A DNA stretch of 63,683 nucleotides, the filler included. It is 11 parts of 11 records of this genome, joined end to end, with 100 filler letters (N's around TTAATTAATTAA, not from the genome) between each part and the next. Parts side by side here need not be neighbours in the genome. Positions count along the whole stretch, not along the records: positions 19,354 to 25,491 come from SRR31156797_146096; positions 25,592 to 30,958 come from SRR31156797_148358; 9 more parts are not named here. The stretch is one strand, 5' to 3'. Under the pieces are notes generated by a model that worked only from the letters and a program-made list of their open reading frames with translations, ran no database searches and had not been told where the DNA came from. Shown one piece after another: positions 19,354-29,762 of this stretch. Made by a program: the position numbers and the translations under genes. Position 1 is the first letter of the stretch. Every line of letters begins with the position of its first letter.

Positions 19354-20376
19354 CAGAACATTCCCTGGGGTTCCTATTACGACCAGCTGTTCACGTCGAT
19401 CATCGGTGGCAAGGCTCCGGATACGGCAATGACGAAACTGTGGGCGTTGCCGCAATTGATCGAGATGGAGGCGTTGGTCCCGATCGACGACCGCATCGCC
19501 AAATGGGATGCCAAGGACGACATCCTTCCCGACCTGTGGGACATCACCAAGGGTCCGGACGGCAAGCACTATTACATGCCGATCCAGTATGTCGCGCTTT
19601 ACCTGTACTATCGCGCCGACGTCTTCAAGGCCGCCGGCCTGGAGCCGCCGAAAACCTGTGACGAATTCCTCAGCGCCGCCAAGAAACTGACCAAGGACGG
19701 CATGTACGGGTTCGGTCTGCGCGGCGCCAAGGGCGGCCACGACCACTTCCTTTCGTTCGCGCTGGCGATGGGTGCCAGCTTCGAAAAGGGCGGAATGGTG
19801 ACGCCGGAGGCGATCAAGGCGGCCGAATGGTTCGTCGATCTGCACCGTGTCCACAAGATCTTCCCGCCGTCGGCGCCGACCGACGGCTTCAACGAGATCA
19901 CCGGTGGTTTCCGTGCCGGCCGTACGGCGATGACGATCCACCACATCGGCTCGTCGGCCAGCATGATCAAGGCGCTCGGCGACAAGGTCTCGGCAGTGCC
20001 GGTGCCACTTTGCAACGGAAACGGCTGGACCTCGTTCGGCGACGAATCGACGGCAATCTTCTCGCAGTCGAAATCGCCCGACGCCGCCTGGAAGTGGGTC
20101 TCGTTCCTGTCGACCGGCGACAACAACGTTCTGTTCAATCAGGCGACCGGTCAGATGCCCGTGACCAAGTCGGGAACGGCTTCATGGAACAACCACGAGA
20201 AACGATTCGTCGATGCGACCGCGGCCAGCTTGCCGATTGCCGGCATCCTGCCGTTGGTGCCCGAAACCGGCGAATTCGTCGGGTCGGTTTGGCCGACCAC
20301 CACGCAGCGGGCGCTTCTTGGCGAAATTACGCCCAAGCAGATGATGGAAACGTTCGAAAAGCACTATCACAAATAG
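19354..20376 (+). CDS. Sugar ABC transporter substrate-binding protein (CUT1; 5' truncated)
   Basis: LYYRADVF..AGL.PPKT.DE, F.AGRTAM, AAWKWVSFL; frame open from the contig edge. Confidence 0.85.
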   Translation, partial: QNIPWGSYYDQLFTSIIGGKAPDTAMTKLWALPQLIEMEALVPIDDRIAKWDAKDDILPDLWDITKGPDGKHYYMPIQYVALYLYYRADVFKAAGLEPPKTCDEFLSAAKKLTKDGMYGFGLRGAKGGHDHFLSFALAMGASFEKGGMVTPEAIKAAEWFVDLHRVHKIFPPSAPTDGFNEITGGFRAGRTAMTIHHIGSSASMIKALGDKVSAVPVPLCNGNGWTSFGDESTAIFSQSKSPDAAWKWVSFLSTGDNNVLFNQATGQMPVTKSGTASWNNHEKRFVDATAASLPIAGILPLVPETGEFVGSVWPTTTQRALLGEITPKQMMETFEKHYHK

Positions 20377-20390
20377 GTTGAACTCCCTGT

Positions 20391-20420
20391 TCCCGGGCGC
20401 CCGTTCGCGGGCGTCCGGGA
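20391..20420 (+). other. Intergenic GC-rich stem-loop after the SBP gene (mRNA stabiliser/attenuator)
   Basis: TCCCGGGCGCCCG-TTCG-CGGGCGTCCGGGA with UUCG loop. Confidence 0.6.
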
Positions 20421-20454
20421 TCTCCCGAACCTTCGCAAAGCCGGCCGGTTTCAT

Positions 20455-21372
20455 ATGCGCGAATCAACAACAATAACCGCATCGTCCGTCCCTTGGCGGC
20501 GCATCAAGGTACGGGTTCTTCCCTACGTTCTTCTGTCGCCTGCGGTGGCGGCGACTCTGTTGATCATCTTCTTTCCGATGATCCAGGCGGGCTATATGAG
20601 CCTGCACAACTACATTCTGTGGAAACCGAAGGCGATCACCCTGATCTGGCTCGACAATTACCTGCGCGCCTTCGCCGACGAGGTTTTCTGGATTTCATTG
20701 AAGAATACGGCGATCTGGATCGGCGCGACGGTGCCGTTGCAGATGATCCTGGGGCTGATCACGGCACTTTTGTTGAATCAGCAATTTCCCTGGCGGGCGC
20801 TGGCCCGCGGTTTGGTCATCATTCCCTGGGCGCTGCCCAGTGTCGTTATCGGGTTGATGTGGACCTGGATCTACAATCCCAATTACGGGGTGCTGAACGA
20901 TTTGATGCTGCGCATCGGTATCTTGCAGACCGCCATGCCCTGGTTGGCCGATCCGGACACGGCGCTGTTCGCGGTTATCGTCACCCTGATGTGGCAGGGT
21001 TTTCCGTTTTTTGCGGTCATGTTCCTGGCCGGTTTGCAGGCCATCCCGAAAAGCTACTACGAAGCGGCCGAACTGGACGGCGCCTCGACCTGGCAGCAGT
21101 TCCGCCACATCACCCTGCCGGGTCTCAAGGGCGTGATGGTGACGGCGTTGCTGCTGCGCACCATCTGGGTCGCCAATTCCATCGACGTCATCTACGTCAT
21201 GACCGGCGGTGGCCCCGGCTACAACACCCATACGCTGCCGCTTTATTCCTTCATCCGAACCTACACCGGCATGGATTTCGGATACGGTTCGGCCCTGGCG
21301 GTGATTTTCACGATCATGCTGCTGAGCATCGTCATCGTGTATTTGCGCCGGGTCGGGCGGGAGCTGCGCTGA
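20455..21372 (+). CDS. Sugar ABC transporter permease 1
   Basis: LAGLQAIP...YEAAELDGAS EAA motif. Confidence 0.9.
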   Translation: MRESTTITASSVPWRRIKVRVLPYVLLSPAVAATLLIIFFPMIQAGYMSLHNYILWKPKAITLIWLDNYLRAFADEVFWISLKNTAIWIGATVPLQMILGLITALLLNQQFPWRALARGLVIIPWALPSVVIGLMWTWIYNPNYGVLNDLMLRIGILQTAMPWLADPDTALFAVIVTLMWQGFPFFAVMFLAGLQAIPKSYYEAAELDGASTWQQFRHITLPGLKGVMVTALLLRTIWVANSIDVIYVMTGGGPGYNTHTLPLYSFIRTYTGMDFGYGSALAVIFTIMLLSIVIVYLRRVGRELR

Positions 21373-22208
21373 TGATCGCCCGGAAATCCCCTCTGCGCCG
21401 CATCCTGACCGTCGATCTGCCGGTGCTGGTCATCGTCGCCTTCGCGCTCGGGCCGTATATCTGGATGTTCATCACCTCGATCAAGCCGGAAGAGGAACTG
21501 TTCACGGCGATCGTCGGATACTGGACGGCGCACCCGACATTGGCCAACTACGAACGGCTTTTTTCGCACACCAGTTTCCTCGGCAATATGCTGGACAGCT
21601 TTATCGTCGCCGCCGGCACCGTCGTCGTCGGCCTGACGCTGAGCGTCACGGCTGCCTATGCCTTTTCGCGCTTCCGCTTTCCCGGGCGGCGCTATCTGAT
21701 GATGCAGTTCCTGGTCATCAACATGTTCCCGATCGTGCTGCTGATCATCCCGCTGTTCGTGATCATGCGCTGGTTCGGGCTGTTGGATACCTATCCGGCC
21801 CTGATCATCGCCCATTCGACCTTCAGTATTCCGTTCGCCACCTGGATGATGACGAGCTACATGAACGCCATCCCGATGAGCCTGGACGAAGCCGCCCTGA
21901 CCGACGGCTGTACCCGCGCCGGCGCCATGTGGCGAGTCGTTCTGCCGCTGTGCCGGCCCGGCGTCGCGGCGACCGGGATCTACATCTTCATCACGTCCTG
22001 GAACGAATACCTCTACGCCCTGACCCTGGCCGGGCAGGAGGTGCGGACCATCACCGTCGCCATCCAGACCCTGATCGGCGAGTTCGAGATCGCCTGGGGC
22101 CTATTGACCGCCGGTGGCGTCATGGGAGCCCTGCCGGCGACCGTCCTGTTCATGCTGGTGCAACGCCACCTGATCAGTGGCCTGACCCAAGGCGCCGTCA
22201 AAGGCTGA
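21372..22208 (+). CDS. Sugar ABC transporter permease 2
   Basis: True start ATG 21372 overlaps the upstream TGA (MIARKSPL...); IPMSLDEAALTDG; ends GLTQGAVKG. Confidence 0.9.
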   Translation: MIARKSPLRRILTVDLPVLVIVAFALGPYIWMFITSIKPEEELFTAIVGYWTAHPTLANYERLFSHTSFLGNMLDSFIVAAGTVVVGLTLSVTAAYAFSRFRFPGRRYLMMQFLVINMFPIVLLIIPLFVIMRWFGLLDTYPALIIAHSTFSIPFATWMMTSYMNAIPMSLDEAALTDGCTRAGAMWRVVLPLCRPGVAATGIYIFITSWNEYLYALTLAGQEVRTITVAIQTLIGEFEIAWGLLTAGGVMGALPATVLFMLVQRHLISGLTQGAVKG

Positions 22209-22496
22209 ACAACCAACCTTAAAAACAACCTTTGTTCGCATTTTGTTTCATACTGTGGGCGCCTCGCGTATGGTTCGAACGAAAGGGCGGGCAGTGCATG
22301 CCGATTCCTGAAAAATAGAATTGTTCCGGCCTGTAACGCTATCGAACAAAGCTGTCATTAACGCGTTACAATCCCCAGTTTATCATGCGGACAGCAGGCG
22401 GTACGGGCGAAAACGCCGGCCGCTTGGAGGGAAGAAGCATCAAGCCCAGATGCGCAATGATAATTGCGGGGAACGGGAAACCGTTCCGGCCGGACA

Positions 22497-24989
22497 ATGG
22501 AAATATTGAAAAAGCACTGGGTCGGGTTGGCCTTTATCGGTTCGTTTGTGTTGGCGTTGGTCTTTTTTATCGAAGCCGACTTGATCGACAAATGGTACGT
22601 ATTTACCCGCCAACACGAAGACTGGGAACTGGACGAGCTTCCCCTGGTGTTCGCCTTTATGGGGTTCTGGGCGCTCCTGTTCGCCTTTGTTTTTGCGCGG
22701 CGCGAGGCACGGCTCAATGTGATTGCGCGGGCGCGGGCCGAGGCGCTGACCTCCCGATCCCTTCGCCAGTTCCTGGAGGCGATGGAAGGCTGCACGATCG
22801 GCATCGTGTTTTTCGATTCGGAAGACCGCCTTGTTCTGGTAAACGAGGCACTGCGCCAGTTGGAGGCCGACGGCGGCCAATTCGCCCTGGGCCGGACCCT
22901 TGCCGATCTGAAAGAGATGGCGGTCGACGCGAAATTCGGTTCGGTCGTGGATACTGCCCTGTTTCGCGAGATCGTATCGCGGGAAACCGGCCCGAGCGGC
23001 ATGACCGAGGCGGCATTCAAGGGCCGCGACTATCGGATCGGCAAAAGCACGACTGCCGACGGCGGATTCCTGGTCGTCGTCGAGGATGTGACCGACCGCA
23101 AAAAGGCCGAGGAGCTTCTGCGCGACCGGGTTCGTTTCCAACGGACCCTTTTCAACGCCATGCCTATTCCGATCTATGCAAAAGACGAAAACGGGCACTA
23201 CACCGGCTGTAACCCGGCTTTCGAGGAATATTTCGGTATCTACGAGGAAAACCTGATCGGAAAGTCGGTTTTCGACGTGGTGCCGCCGGAAAGGGCGACG
23301 CTATACAACGATTCGGACAAGGCCCTGATGGCAGCCGGTGGCCATCAGATTTATGACACGCAGTATCCGGCCAAAGACGGCGAGCTTCGCGACGTCAAGT
23401 TCAGCAAGGCGGTATTCACCAAGGCCGACGGCAGCATTGGCGGCATCGTCGGCGCCATTGTCGATCTGACCGAAATCAAACGCACCGAGGAAGCGCTTCG
23501 TCAAAGCGAAGCCCGGTTGCGGGCGGTTTTGGGCAATTCGCCGGCATCGATCTATTTGAAAGACACGGAAGGTCGGTTCCTGCTGGTCAATCGCGAATTC
23601 GAACGCCGAAACGGCCTCAAGTCCGAACAGATCCTCAATAAGACAAGCCACGACTTGATTCCCGAAAAATCGGCACGGATCGTCATGGCCGAAGACCGGC
23701 AGGTTCTGGAATCCGGCCAGCCGTGCACCTTCCAGCGCGAGCTGACCTATCAAAGCGGATATACGGGCACGTTCCTGGCCACCAAGTTTCCGGTGACGAA
23801 CGAACAGGGAAAGCTGATCGGCGTCGGCAGTGTCAGCACGGACGTTTCCGAACGCACCAAGGCGATCCATGCCGTTCGGGAGACCGCCGGCCAACTGCAT
23901 TCCATCATCGAACACAGCCCGGCAGCGATCCATTTGCGCGACAAGAACGGCCGGTCACTGCATGCCAACAAGGTCTATCTCTCCCGGTTCGGCTATTCGG
24001 ACATAAAAGACGTGGTCGGCAAGACCGCCCACGAATACCTGCCGAAAGACATTGCCGACAAAGTCGTCATCCAGGACCGCGAAGTCATCGAATGCGGTGA
24101 AACCCGGACATATGACATGGTTATGGAAGTGGCCGGAGGGACGTCGCGCAATATTCATTTGACGCGGTTTCCGGTCTTCGACCTTGATGGCGGCCTAATG
24201 GGAACCGGCGCAATCGCCACCGACATTACGGAATCGAAGCGCGCCGAGGTGGCGGCAAAGCACCTTCAGGCCCAGTTGGCGCAGGCTTCGCGGATGGGAA
24301 TCATGGGGGAAATGGCTGCCGGGTTCGCGCACGAACTCAACCAGCCGCTGGCCGCCATCAAAAACTACGTGACCGGGGTAATGCGCCGGGTTCGCTCGGG
24401 TGACAGCAATGCGCAAGCGTATGTGCCGATCCTTGAACTGGTCATCGATCAGGCCCAGAGGGCCAGCGAAATCATTCGCCGCATTCGCCGCTTTGTCCGC
24501 AAGGGCGATATCGAATTGGCGCCGACGAACGTCAACAATTCCGTCGCCGCCGCGGTCGATATGCTGGCGGTCGAGCTCGATCAGGAAGTCAGCCTGAAGA
24601 AGGAACTGGCCAGAAACCTTCCGCCCGTGCGGGCCGATTCCGTCCAGATTCAGCAGGTCGTCCTGAATTTGCTGAGAAACGCCATCGAGGCCGTTGAAAA
24701 TGTTGAAGGGCAGAAGGAAATCGTTGCCCGGGTCCGGTCCGAAGGTCGTTTTTTGGTGCGAATCAGCGTCGAAGACACCGGTTCGGGTATCCCGGAAAGT
24801 GTCCGAAAAAGGCTGTTCGAACCCTTCTTCACGACGAAACCGTCGGGCATGGGGATGGGGCTTCTGATTTGCCGAACCATCCTCGAGGAGCACGGCAGCA
24901 GGCTCGATATCAGTTCGGCGCCGCATGGCGGAACGACGGTTTCGTTCTGCCTTCCGGTCGCCGAAGAGGCGGCAACGGAAGGCGATTAA
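22497..24989 (+). CDS. Membrane-bound multi-PAS sensor histidine kinase (FixL/TtrS-like)
   Basis: Two TM helices, about four PAS domains, H-box GEMAAGFAHELNQPL, NLLRNA, DTG.GI, FFTTK..GMGMGL. Confidence 0.9.
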   Translation: MEILKKHWVGLAFIGSFVLALVFFIEADLIDKWYVFTRQHEDWELDELPLVFAFMGFWALLFAFVFARREARLNVIARARAEALTSRSLRQFLEAMEGCTIGIVFFDSEDRLVLVNEALRQLEADGGQFALGRTLADLKEMAVDAKFGSVVDTALFREIVSRETGPSGMTEAAFKGRDYRIGKSTTADGGFLVVVEDVTDRKKAEELLRDRVRFQRTLFNAMPIPIYAKDENGHYTGCNPAFEEYFGIYEENLIGKSVFDVVPPERATLYNDSDKALMAAGGHQIYDTQYPAKDGELRDVKFSKAVFTKADGSIGGIVGAIVDLTEIKRTEEALRQSEARLRAVLGNSPASIYLKDTEGRFLLVNREFERRNGLKSEQILNKTSHDLIPEKSARIVMAEDRQVLESGQPCTFQRELTYQSGYTGTFLATKFPVTNEQGKLIGVGSVSTDVSERTKAIHAVRETAGQLHSIIEHSPAAIHLRDKNGRSLHANKVYLSRFGYSDIKDVVGKTAHEYLPKDIADKVVIQDREVIECGETRTYDMVMEVAGGTSRNIHLTRFPVFDLDGGLMGTGAIATDITESKRAEVAAKHLQAQLAQASRMGIMGEMAAGFAHELNQPLAAIKNYVTGVMRRVRSGDSNAQAYVPILELVIDQAQRASEIIRRIRRFVRKGDIELAPTNVNNSVAAAVDMLAVELDQEVSLKKELARNLPPVRADSVQIQQVVLNLLRNAIEAVENVEGQKEIVARVRSEGRFLVRISVEDTGSGIPESVRKRLFEPFFTTKPSGMGMGLLICRTILEEHGSRLDISSAPHGGTTVSFCLPVAEEAATEGD

Positions 24990-25210
24990 TCGGACGGCAA
25001 TGCCGGCGCCTTGGCGACGGCGGGCCGGTTCCTGCGGCTGGACTCCGGACGCCGCCGATTGACAGAGTTTCGGCCATGCTCGATCATTGCGCCCGGACCG
25101 ATGGCGGCCGGGCCTTTTTTCGTGGTTCGATCGGCCGCGATTTCCAGAGTATGCGCAGACCGGGCCTGTTGGGGGTCGTTGGCGCCAATTGCAGCGAGGA
25201 GGATGTTCGC

Positions 25211-25491
25211 GTGAGCGACACAAAAAAAACGAACGTGGGAACGGACAGCCGCATCCTGGTCATCAACGACGGGGACAATGTCGGCGTCGCCTGCGCCCGC
25301 CTTTCGGCCGGCACGATACTGACCGTCGGCAATAGCGAGATAATCATCTCGGGCGATGTCGAGCTCGGCCACAAGATCGCCCTGGAGCCGCTGGCTGCCG
25401 GCGCCAAGATCGTTAAGTGGGGGGCGCCGATCGGGTCCGTGACCTGCGCCGTCGCGGCCGGCGACCATGTCCATCTTCACAATATGAAAAG
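25211..25491 (+). CDS. UxaA/GarD-family SAF domain protein (altronate dehydratase small subunit-like), truncated
   Basis: DNVGVA, GHKIAL, KWGAPIG, GDHVHLHNMK. Confidence 0.8.
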
Positions 25492-25591
25492 NNNNNNNNN
25501 NNNNNNNNNNNNNNNNNNNNNNNNNNNNNNNNNNNTTAATTAATTAANNNNNNNNNNNNNNNNNNNNNNNNNNNNNNNNNNNNNNNNNNNN
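25492..25591. other. Artificial contig linker
   Basis: 44N-TTAATTAATTAA-44N. Confidence 0.98.
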
Positions 25592-25612
25592 CACAGCCCC
25601 GGAGGGGCAATA

Positions 25613-26623
25613 ATGCACAAATCCCAAATCACCATACGAGACGTCGCCCGGCGCGCCGGAGTTTCCATTTCCAGCGTATCGCGGGTGATTAATAACAACT
25701 CGCCGGTAAGCGACTCCATCCGGGAAAAAGTGCTGCGGGTCGTTGAAGAAATCGGTTACACGCCGGACAGGTCCGCCCGAGCGCTTAAAATGCAAAAGAC
25801 GTCTGTCATCGGCGTGGTCATTCCCGATATTTCCAATCCCTTTTTCTCTCTTATGGTCCGGGGGATTGAAAAAGCAGCCCACGATAATAATTACAGCGTG
25901 TTGATATGCGACACCGACAACATGTTAAAGAACGAAGCCAGGCATATCGACGTCTTGATTTCAGAGCATGTGGAGGGCGTAATACTGACCACCACGGGAC
26001 GCACAAACGACCGCCTGGACAAGCTGTTTGATTACAACATCCCCATAGTGGCCGCGGACCGGCGCCTGAAAGACCGGGATGCTGCCACAGTGTCCACGGA
26101 CGGCGTTAAAGATGCGCAGGTCTTAACCCGGTACCTGATCGGCCTTGGATATCGTGACATATGTTTCCTAGCAGGCCCGGATCGCGTGTCCACGGCCCGT
26201 GAACGGCTGGAAGGATTTAAAAGAACCATGGCCGGCTTCGGCCTGACCGCCCGGGTTATTCATCAACAAGCCGGAGATTACAGTTTTGAAAGCGGATACC
26301 GGGCGGTTGAGGAGTTGTGCCGCAACCCCTTGCCGGACACAATTATAGCCGCCAATGACATGATGGCCATAGGCGCGATCAAAGCCCTTGAAGAAGCAGG
26401 CCTGACGGCGCCGGACGACATCGGCGCTGCCGGTTTCGACCATATTCCCCTGACCGAATGGATCAAGCCGCGATTGACCACTATCGAGATCCCTGCTTTT
26501 AACATGGGCAGGCAGGCCATGGAACTGCTGCTTAAAATCATCCACGGCGAAGATGTTCCCGAAAATGGAATTACCGTGACCACCAGCCTGGTTGAAGGCG
26601 ACTCCACCCGGAGGATGATATGA
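25613..26623 (+). CDS. rbsR: LacI-family repressor (RbsR-like)
   Basis: TIRDVARRAGVSISSVSRVIN HTH; first gene of the ribose operon. Confidence 0.8.
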   Translation: MHKSQITIRDVARRAGVSISSVSRVINNNSPVSDSIREKVLRVVEEIGYTPDRSARALKMQKTSVIGVVIPDISNPFFSLMVRGIEKAAHDNNYSVLICDTDNMLKNEARHIDVLISEHVEGVILTTTGRTNDRLDKLFDYNIPIVAADRRLKDRDAATVSTDGVKDAQVLTRYLIGLGYRDICFLAGPDRVSTARERLEGFKRTMAGFGLTARVIHQQAGDYSFESGYRAVEELCRNPLPDTIIAANDMMAIGAIKALEEAGLTAPDDIGAAGFDHIPLTEWIKPRLTTIEIPAFNMGRQAMELLLKIIHGEDVPENGITVTTSLVEGDSTRRMI

Positions 26624-27543
26624 CATCCATTGCAATATTAGGCAGCCTGAACGCGGACCTGGTGGTGAACATGGACAGGTTTCCAGGGCCCGGAGAAACA
26701 GTGGTCGCCCGATCCTTCAATACCTATTCCGGAGGCAAGGGCGCCAACCAGGCCGCTGCCTGCGGCCGCGCTGGCGGGGATGCGGCCATGTTCGGGGCCG
26801 TGGGTGATGATGATTTTGGCAGAATTCTCGTTCGATCCCTTACAGACAGCAACGTGATCGCTGATGATATTCTTCGATGCGAGGACGTCCATTCCGGCCT
26901 GGCCCATATATGGGTCGAGAACAGCGGAGAAAATTCCATAGCTATAGTCCCCGGCGCCAATGCCCGTGTTGACCGGGACTATATCGACGCTGTTTTTCCT
27001 AAAATTAATGATGCCAAGTTAATCCTGCTGCAACTGGAAATTCCCTTGGATGCAATGGCCTACATGTTAAAGAAACTCGGGGAAGACGGTCCCATGGTTA
27101 TCCTGGATCCGGCCCCAGCCATGCCTCTTGATGAACTTCCTGCACGACGTATTTGGCTGCTGACGCCTAATGAACATGAACTTAACGTTTTAACCGGAAG
27201 GCCCACGGACAATGAAAAAAACATTGAAGCAGCCTGTAGCACATTATTAGACCATTCCGGGGCTGGGGCTGTTCTTTGCAAGGCCGGGAGCCGGGGCGCT
27301 TATCTATATGACGGAACTGTTTTTCAACAATTTCCCGGATATAAAGTCCAGACCGTTGACTCCACAGCCGCGGGAGACGCATTCAACGCAGCATTGGCGG
27401 TTGCTTTGTCTGAAAACCAATCTATAAAGGAAGCCATAAAATGGGCCAACGCGGCCGGCGCCCTGGCCGTGACCAAACCCGGCGCCCAGAATTCCCTGCC
27501 CTGGCGGGCGGAAGTGGATGAATTTCTAAGAACCCATAGCTAA
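26620..27543 (+). CDS. rbsK: Ribokinase
   Basis: GSLNADLV, GGKGANQA, NEHE and DSTAAGDAF PfkB motifs; next to rbsD. Confidence 0.9.
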   Translation: MTSIAILGSLNADLVVNMDRFPGPGETVVARSFNTYSGGKGANQAAACGRAGGDAAMFGAVGDDDFGRILVRSLTDSNVIADDILRCEDVHSGLAHIWVENSGENSIAIVPGANARVDRDYIDAVFPKINDAKLILLQLEIPLDAMAYMLKKLGEDGPMVILDPAPAMPLDELPARRIWLLTPNEHELNVLTGRPTDNEKNIEAACSTLLDHSGAGAVLCKAGSRGAYLYDGTVFQQFPGYKVQTVDSTAAGDAFNAALAVALSENQSIKEAIKWANAAGALAVTKPGAQNSLPWRAEVDEFLRTHS

Positions 27544-27559
27544 ACAAGCGAGGCGTTCC

Positions 27560-27955
27560 ATGAAAAAACAAGGCATCCTTAACGCGCAGTTGAACAGAAT
27601 TATTGCCTCATTGGGGCATACCGACCTGTTGGCCGTGGGGGACTGCGGCCTGCCAATACCACCAAAGGTAGAACTGGTGGACCTGGCCGTGGTCATGGGA
27701 TTGCCCCGTTTTATTCCGGTGGTGGAAGCCCTGGCCAAGGAACTGGTCATCCAAAAAATAATTATTGCCGAAGAAACATTTGGAAAGAATCTAGAAGTCT
27801 ACACTTTTCTTCAAAACCAGTTCAAAGGCTTGAATTTTGAAGCAATACCCCATGAAACCTTTAAAACAATTCTTCCTAAAGCCCGGGCGATTATCCGCAC
27901 GGGGGAAGCAACGCCATATGCCAATGTGATTTTAGAATCCGGCGTGCCTTTTTAA
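27560..27955 (+). CDS. rbsD: D-ribose pyranase
   Basis: MKKQGILN..L...IASLGHTD...GDCGLP; IRTGEATPYANVIL. Confidence 0.95.
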   Translation: MKKQGILNAQLNRIIASLGHTDLLAVGDCGLPIPPKVELVDLAVVMGLPRFIPVVEALAKELVIQKIIIAEETFGKNLEVYTFLQNQFKGLNFEAIPHETFKTILPKARAIIRTGEATPYANVILESGVPF

Positions 27956-27968
27956 CGGAGGAAAGTGT

Positions 27969-28736
27969 ATGGACCGTGAGCCGCTGGCCGAAATGCGCGG
28001 CATATCCAAACGCTTCGGCGGAGTTGTAGCCCTGGATGAAGTCGACCTGTCCATCTACCCCGGTGAAGTAATCGGTCTGGTCGGAGACAACGGCGCAGGG
28101 AAATCCACATTAATAAAAATTCTTTCCGGCGCCCACGGCCATGACCGCGGCGAAATCTATTTCAAGGGGAAGCCGGCCAACCTGTCAAGTCCCCGGGCGG
28201 CCAAGGATCTGGGCATTGAGACCGTGTACCAGGACCTGGCCCTGGTGAACACTCTTGACGTGCCGGGCAACATTTTTCTGGGGCGGGAATTGATTCGTTT
28301 CGGATTCGGTCCGATCCGCATCCTTAACAAGCCCCTCATGATGTCCCAGTCCAAGGAGATTCTAAAACGCCTGGGCGTGCCATTGGACAGGCTTAATGCA
28401 GAAGTCGGCAACCTTTCCGGCGGCCAGCGCCAGAGCGTCGCCATTTGCCGCTCTATTTTCACTGATCCCAAGCTGGTCATCCTGGATGAACCCACGGCGG
28501 CCCTGGCTGTAAGGGAAGTCGAACATGTCCTTGATCTGGTCCGGAATCTCCGCAAGCAGGATATCGGCCTGATCTTTATCAGCCACGTTCTGCAAGAGGT
28601 GTTCGCTTTGGCGGACCGGATCGTGGTGCTCAGAAAAGGCAGAAAAGCGGCTGATCTCAGAACCGAAGAAACATCGATCGACATGGTCGTAAACTATATG
28701 GTTGGAGAATTGGATGGCGGTGAACGCAATCAATAG
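27969..28736 (+). CDS. Monosaccharide ABC transporter ATP-binding protein (single NBD)
   Basis: GDNGAGKST, LSGGQRQ, ILDEPTAAL; 255 aa. Confidence 0.9.
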   Translation: MDREPLAEMRGISKRFGGVVALDEVDLSIYPGEVIGLVGDNGAGKSTLIKILSGAHGHDRGEIYFKGKPANLSSPRAAKDLGIETVYQDLALVNTLDVPGNIFLGRELIRFGFGPIRILNKPLMMSQSKEILKRLGVPLDRLNAEVGNLSGGQRQSVAICRSIFTDPKLVILDEPTAALAVREVEHVLDLVRNLRKQDIGLIFISHVLQEVFALADRIVVLRKGRKAADLRTEETSIDMVVNYMVGELDGGERNQ

Positions 28737-29688
28737 GCCCTGGCGGGATTGGGCTTTAGATTACGGCATATACGTGGTTTTCGTGCTGCTGCTGATTGTA
28801 CTCTGGCGGCTGAGCCCGCACTTTCTGACTGTCTCGAACCTGTTCAACATTGGTTCCCAGGCTTCAATGATCGCGATTACGGCCATCGGCATGACCATGG
28901 TCATCCTCATGGCCGAAATTGACTTGTCGGTTGGTTCGGTGGCCGCATTGGCCGGAGCAATAACCGCTGGAATGATACATGCCTCACCGGCCGGGGAGCC
29001 CACTGTCTCCTGGCTTCTCCTGGCCGTTGCCGCGGGCATGGGGGTTGGGGCGGCCGCCGGGCTGGTCAACGGCATATTCATCGTCTGGGGCGGCATTCCA
29101 TCATTCATCGTCACCCTGGGCATGTTGTCCATCGGCCGGGGGCTGGTGCTGCTCTACACCGGAGGGCGGCCCATCTTCGGTTTTGGAGACGATTTCGGCC
29201 TTATCAGTTGGGGTTCCATCGGTCCTGTGCCGGCGCCTATTCTTATCATGCTTGGCTTGTTTCTCATGGTCTGGCTTTTTTTACAGAACTCGCAGCTCGG
29301 GCGTTATATTTACGCCATCGGCGCGAACCAGGACGCGGTCAAGCTGGCCGGCGTCAATGTCCGCAAAATCAAAATCGGCATTTTCGCCCTGGCCGGAACT
29401 TTTTCCGCCCTGGCCGGAATCATGCTTACGGCCCGTCTCGATTCGGCCCAACCCACAGCCGCCGTGGGCTGGGAACTCGATGTCATTGCCGCGGTTGTTC
29501 TGGGCGGGGCCAGCCTGTATGGAGGTCGGGGCTCCGTGCTCAAAACCCTGATCGGCGCCTTTATCCTCCAGATCATATCCAACGGGCTCAATCTTTTAAA
29601 CGTCCAGGCTTACTGGCAACAGATCGCCAAGGGCGCGATCATTCTGATCGCTCTTTTAATCGAAAGGTCTCTCAGAGGAAGGAGGTGA
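28702..29688 (+). CDS. rbsC: Ribose-type ABC transporter permease
   Basis: IDLSVGS, GRYIYAIGAN, ELDVIAAVVLGG; true start may be 28714 or 28720. Confidence 0.8.
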   Translation: MENWMAVNAINRPWRDWALDYGIYVVFVLLLIVLWRLSPHFLTVSNLFNIGSQASMIAITAIGMTMVILMAEIDLSVGSVAALAGAITAGMIHASPAGEPTVSWLLLAVAAGMGVGAAAGLVNGIFIVWGGIPSFIVTLGMLSIGRGLVLLYTGGRPIFGFGDDFGLISWGSIGPVPAPILIMLGLFLMVWLFLQNSQLGRYIYAIGANQDAVKLAGVNVRKIKIGIFALAGTFSALAGIMLTARLDSAQPTAAVGWELDVIAAVVLGGASLYGGRGSVLKTLIGAFILQIISNGLNLLNVQAYWQQIAKGAIILIALLIERSLRGRR

Positions 29689-29762
29689 AACCGGATTTAG
29701 GTTATTATTTTACGTTTATATGGGGCAGAAACATCCTTCATTAAAAACGAGGAGGTAGTTGT

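Noticed and set aside
20493-21371. 571-aa ORF suggesting an N-terminally extended permease
   Set aside because: The first 293 codons are an off-frame overlap with permease 1; the real gene starts at ATG 21372.
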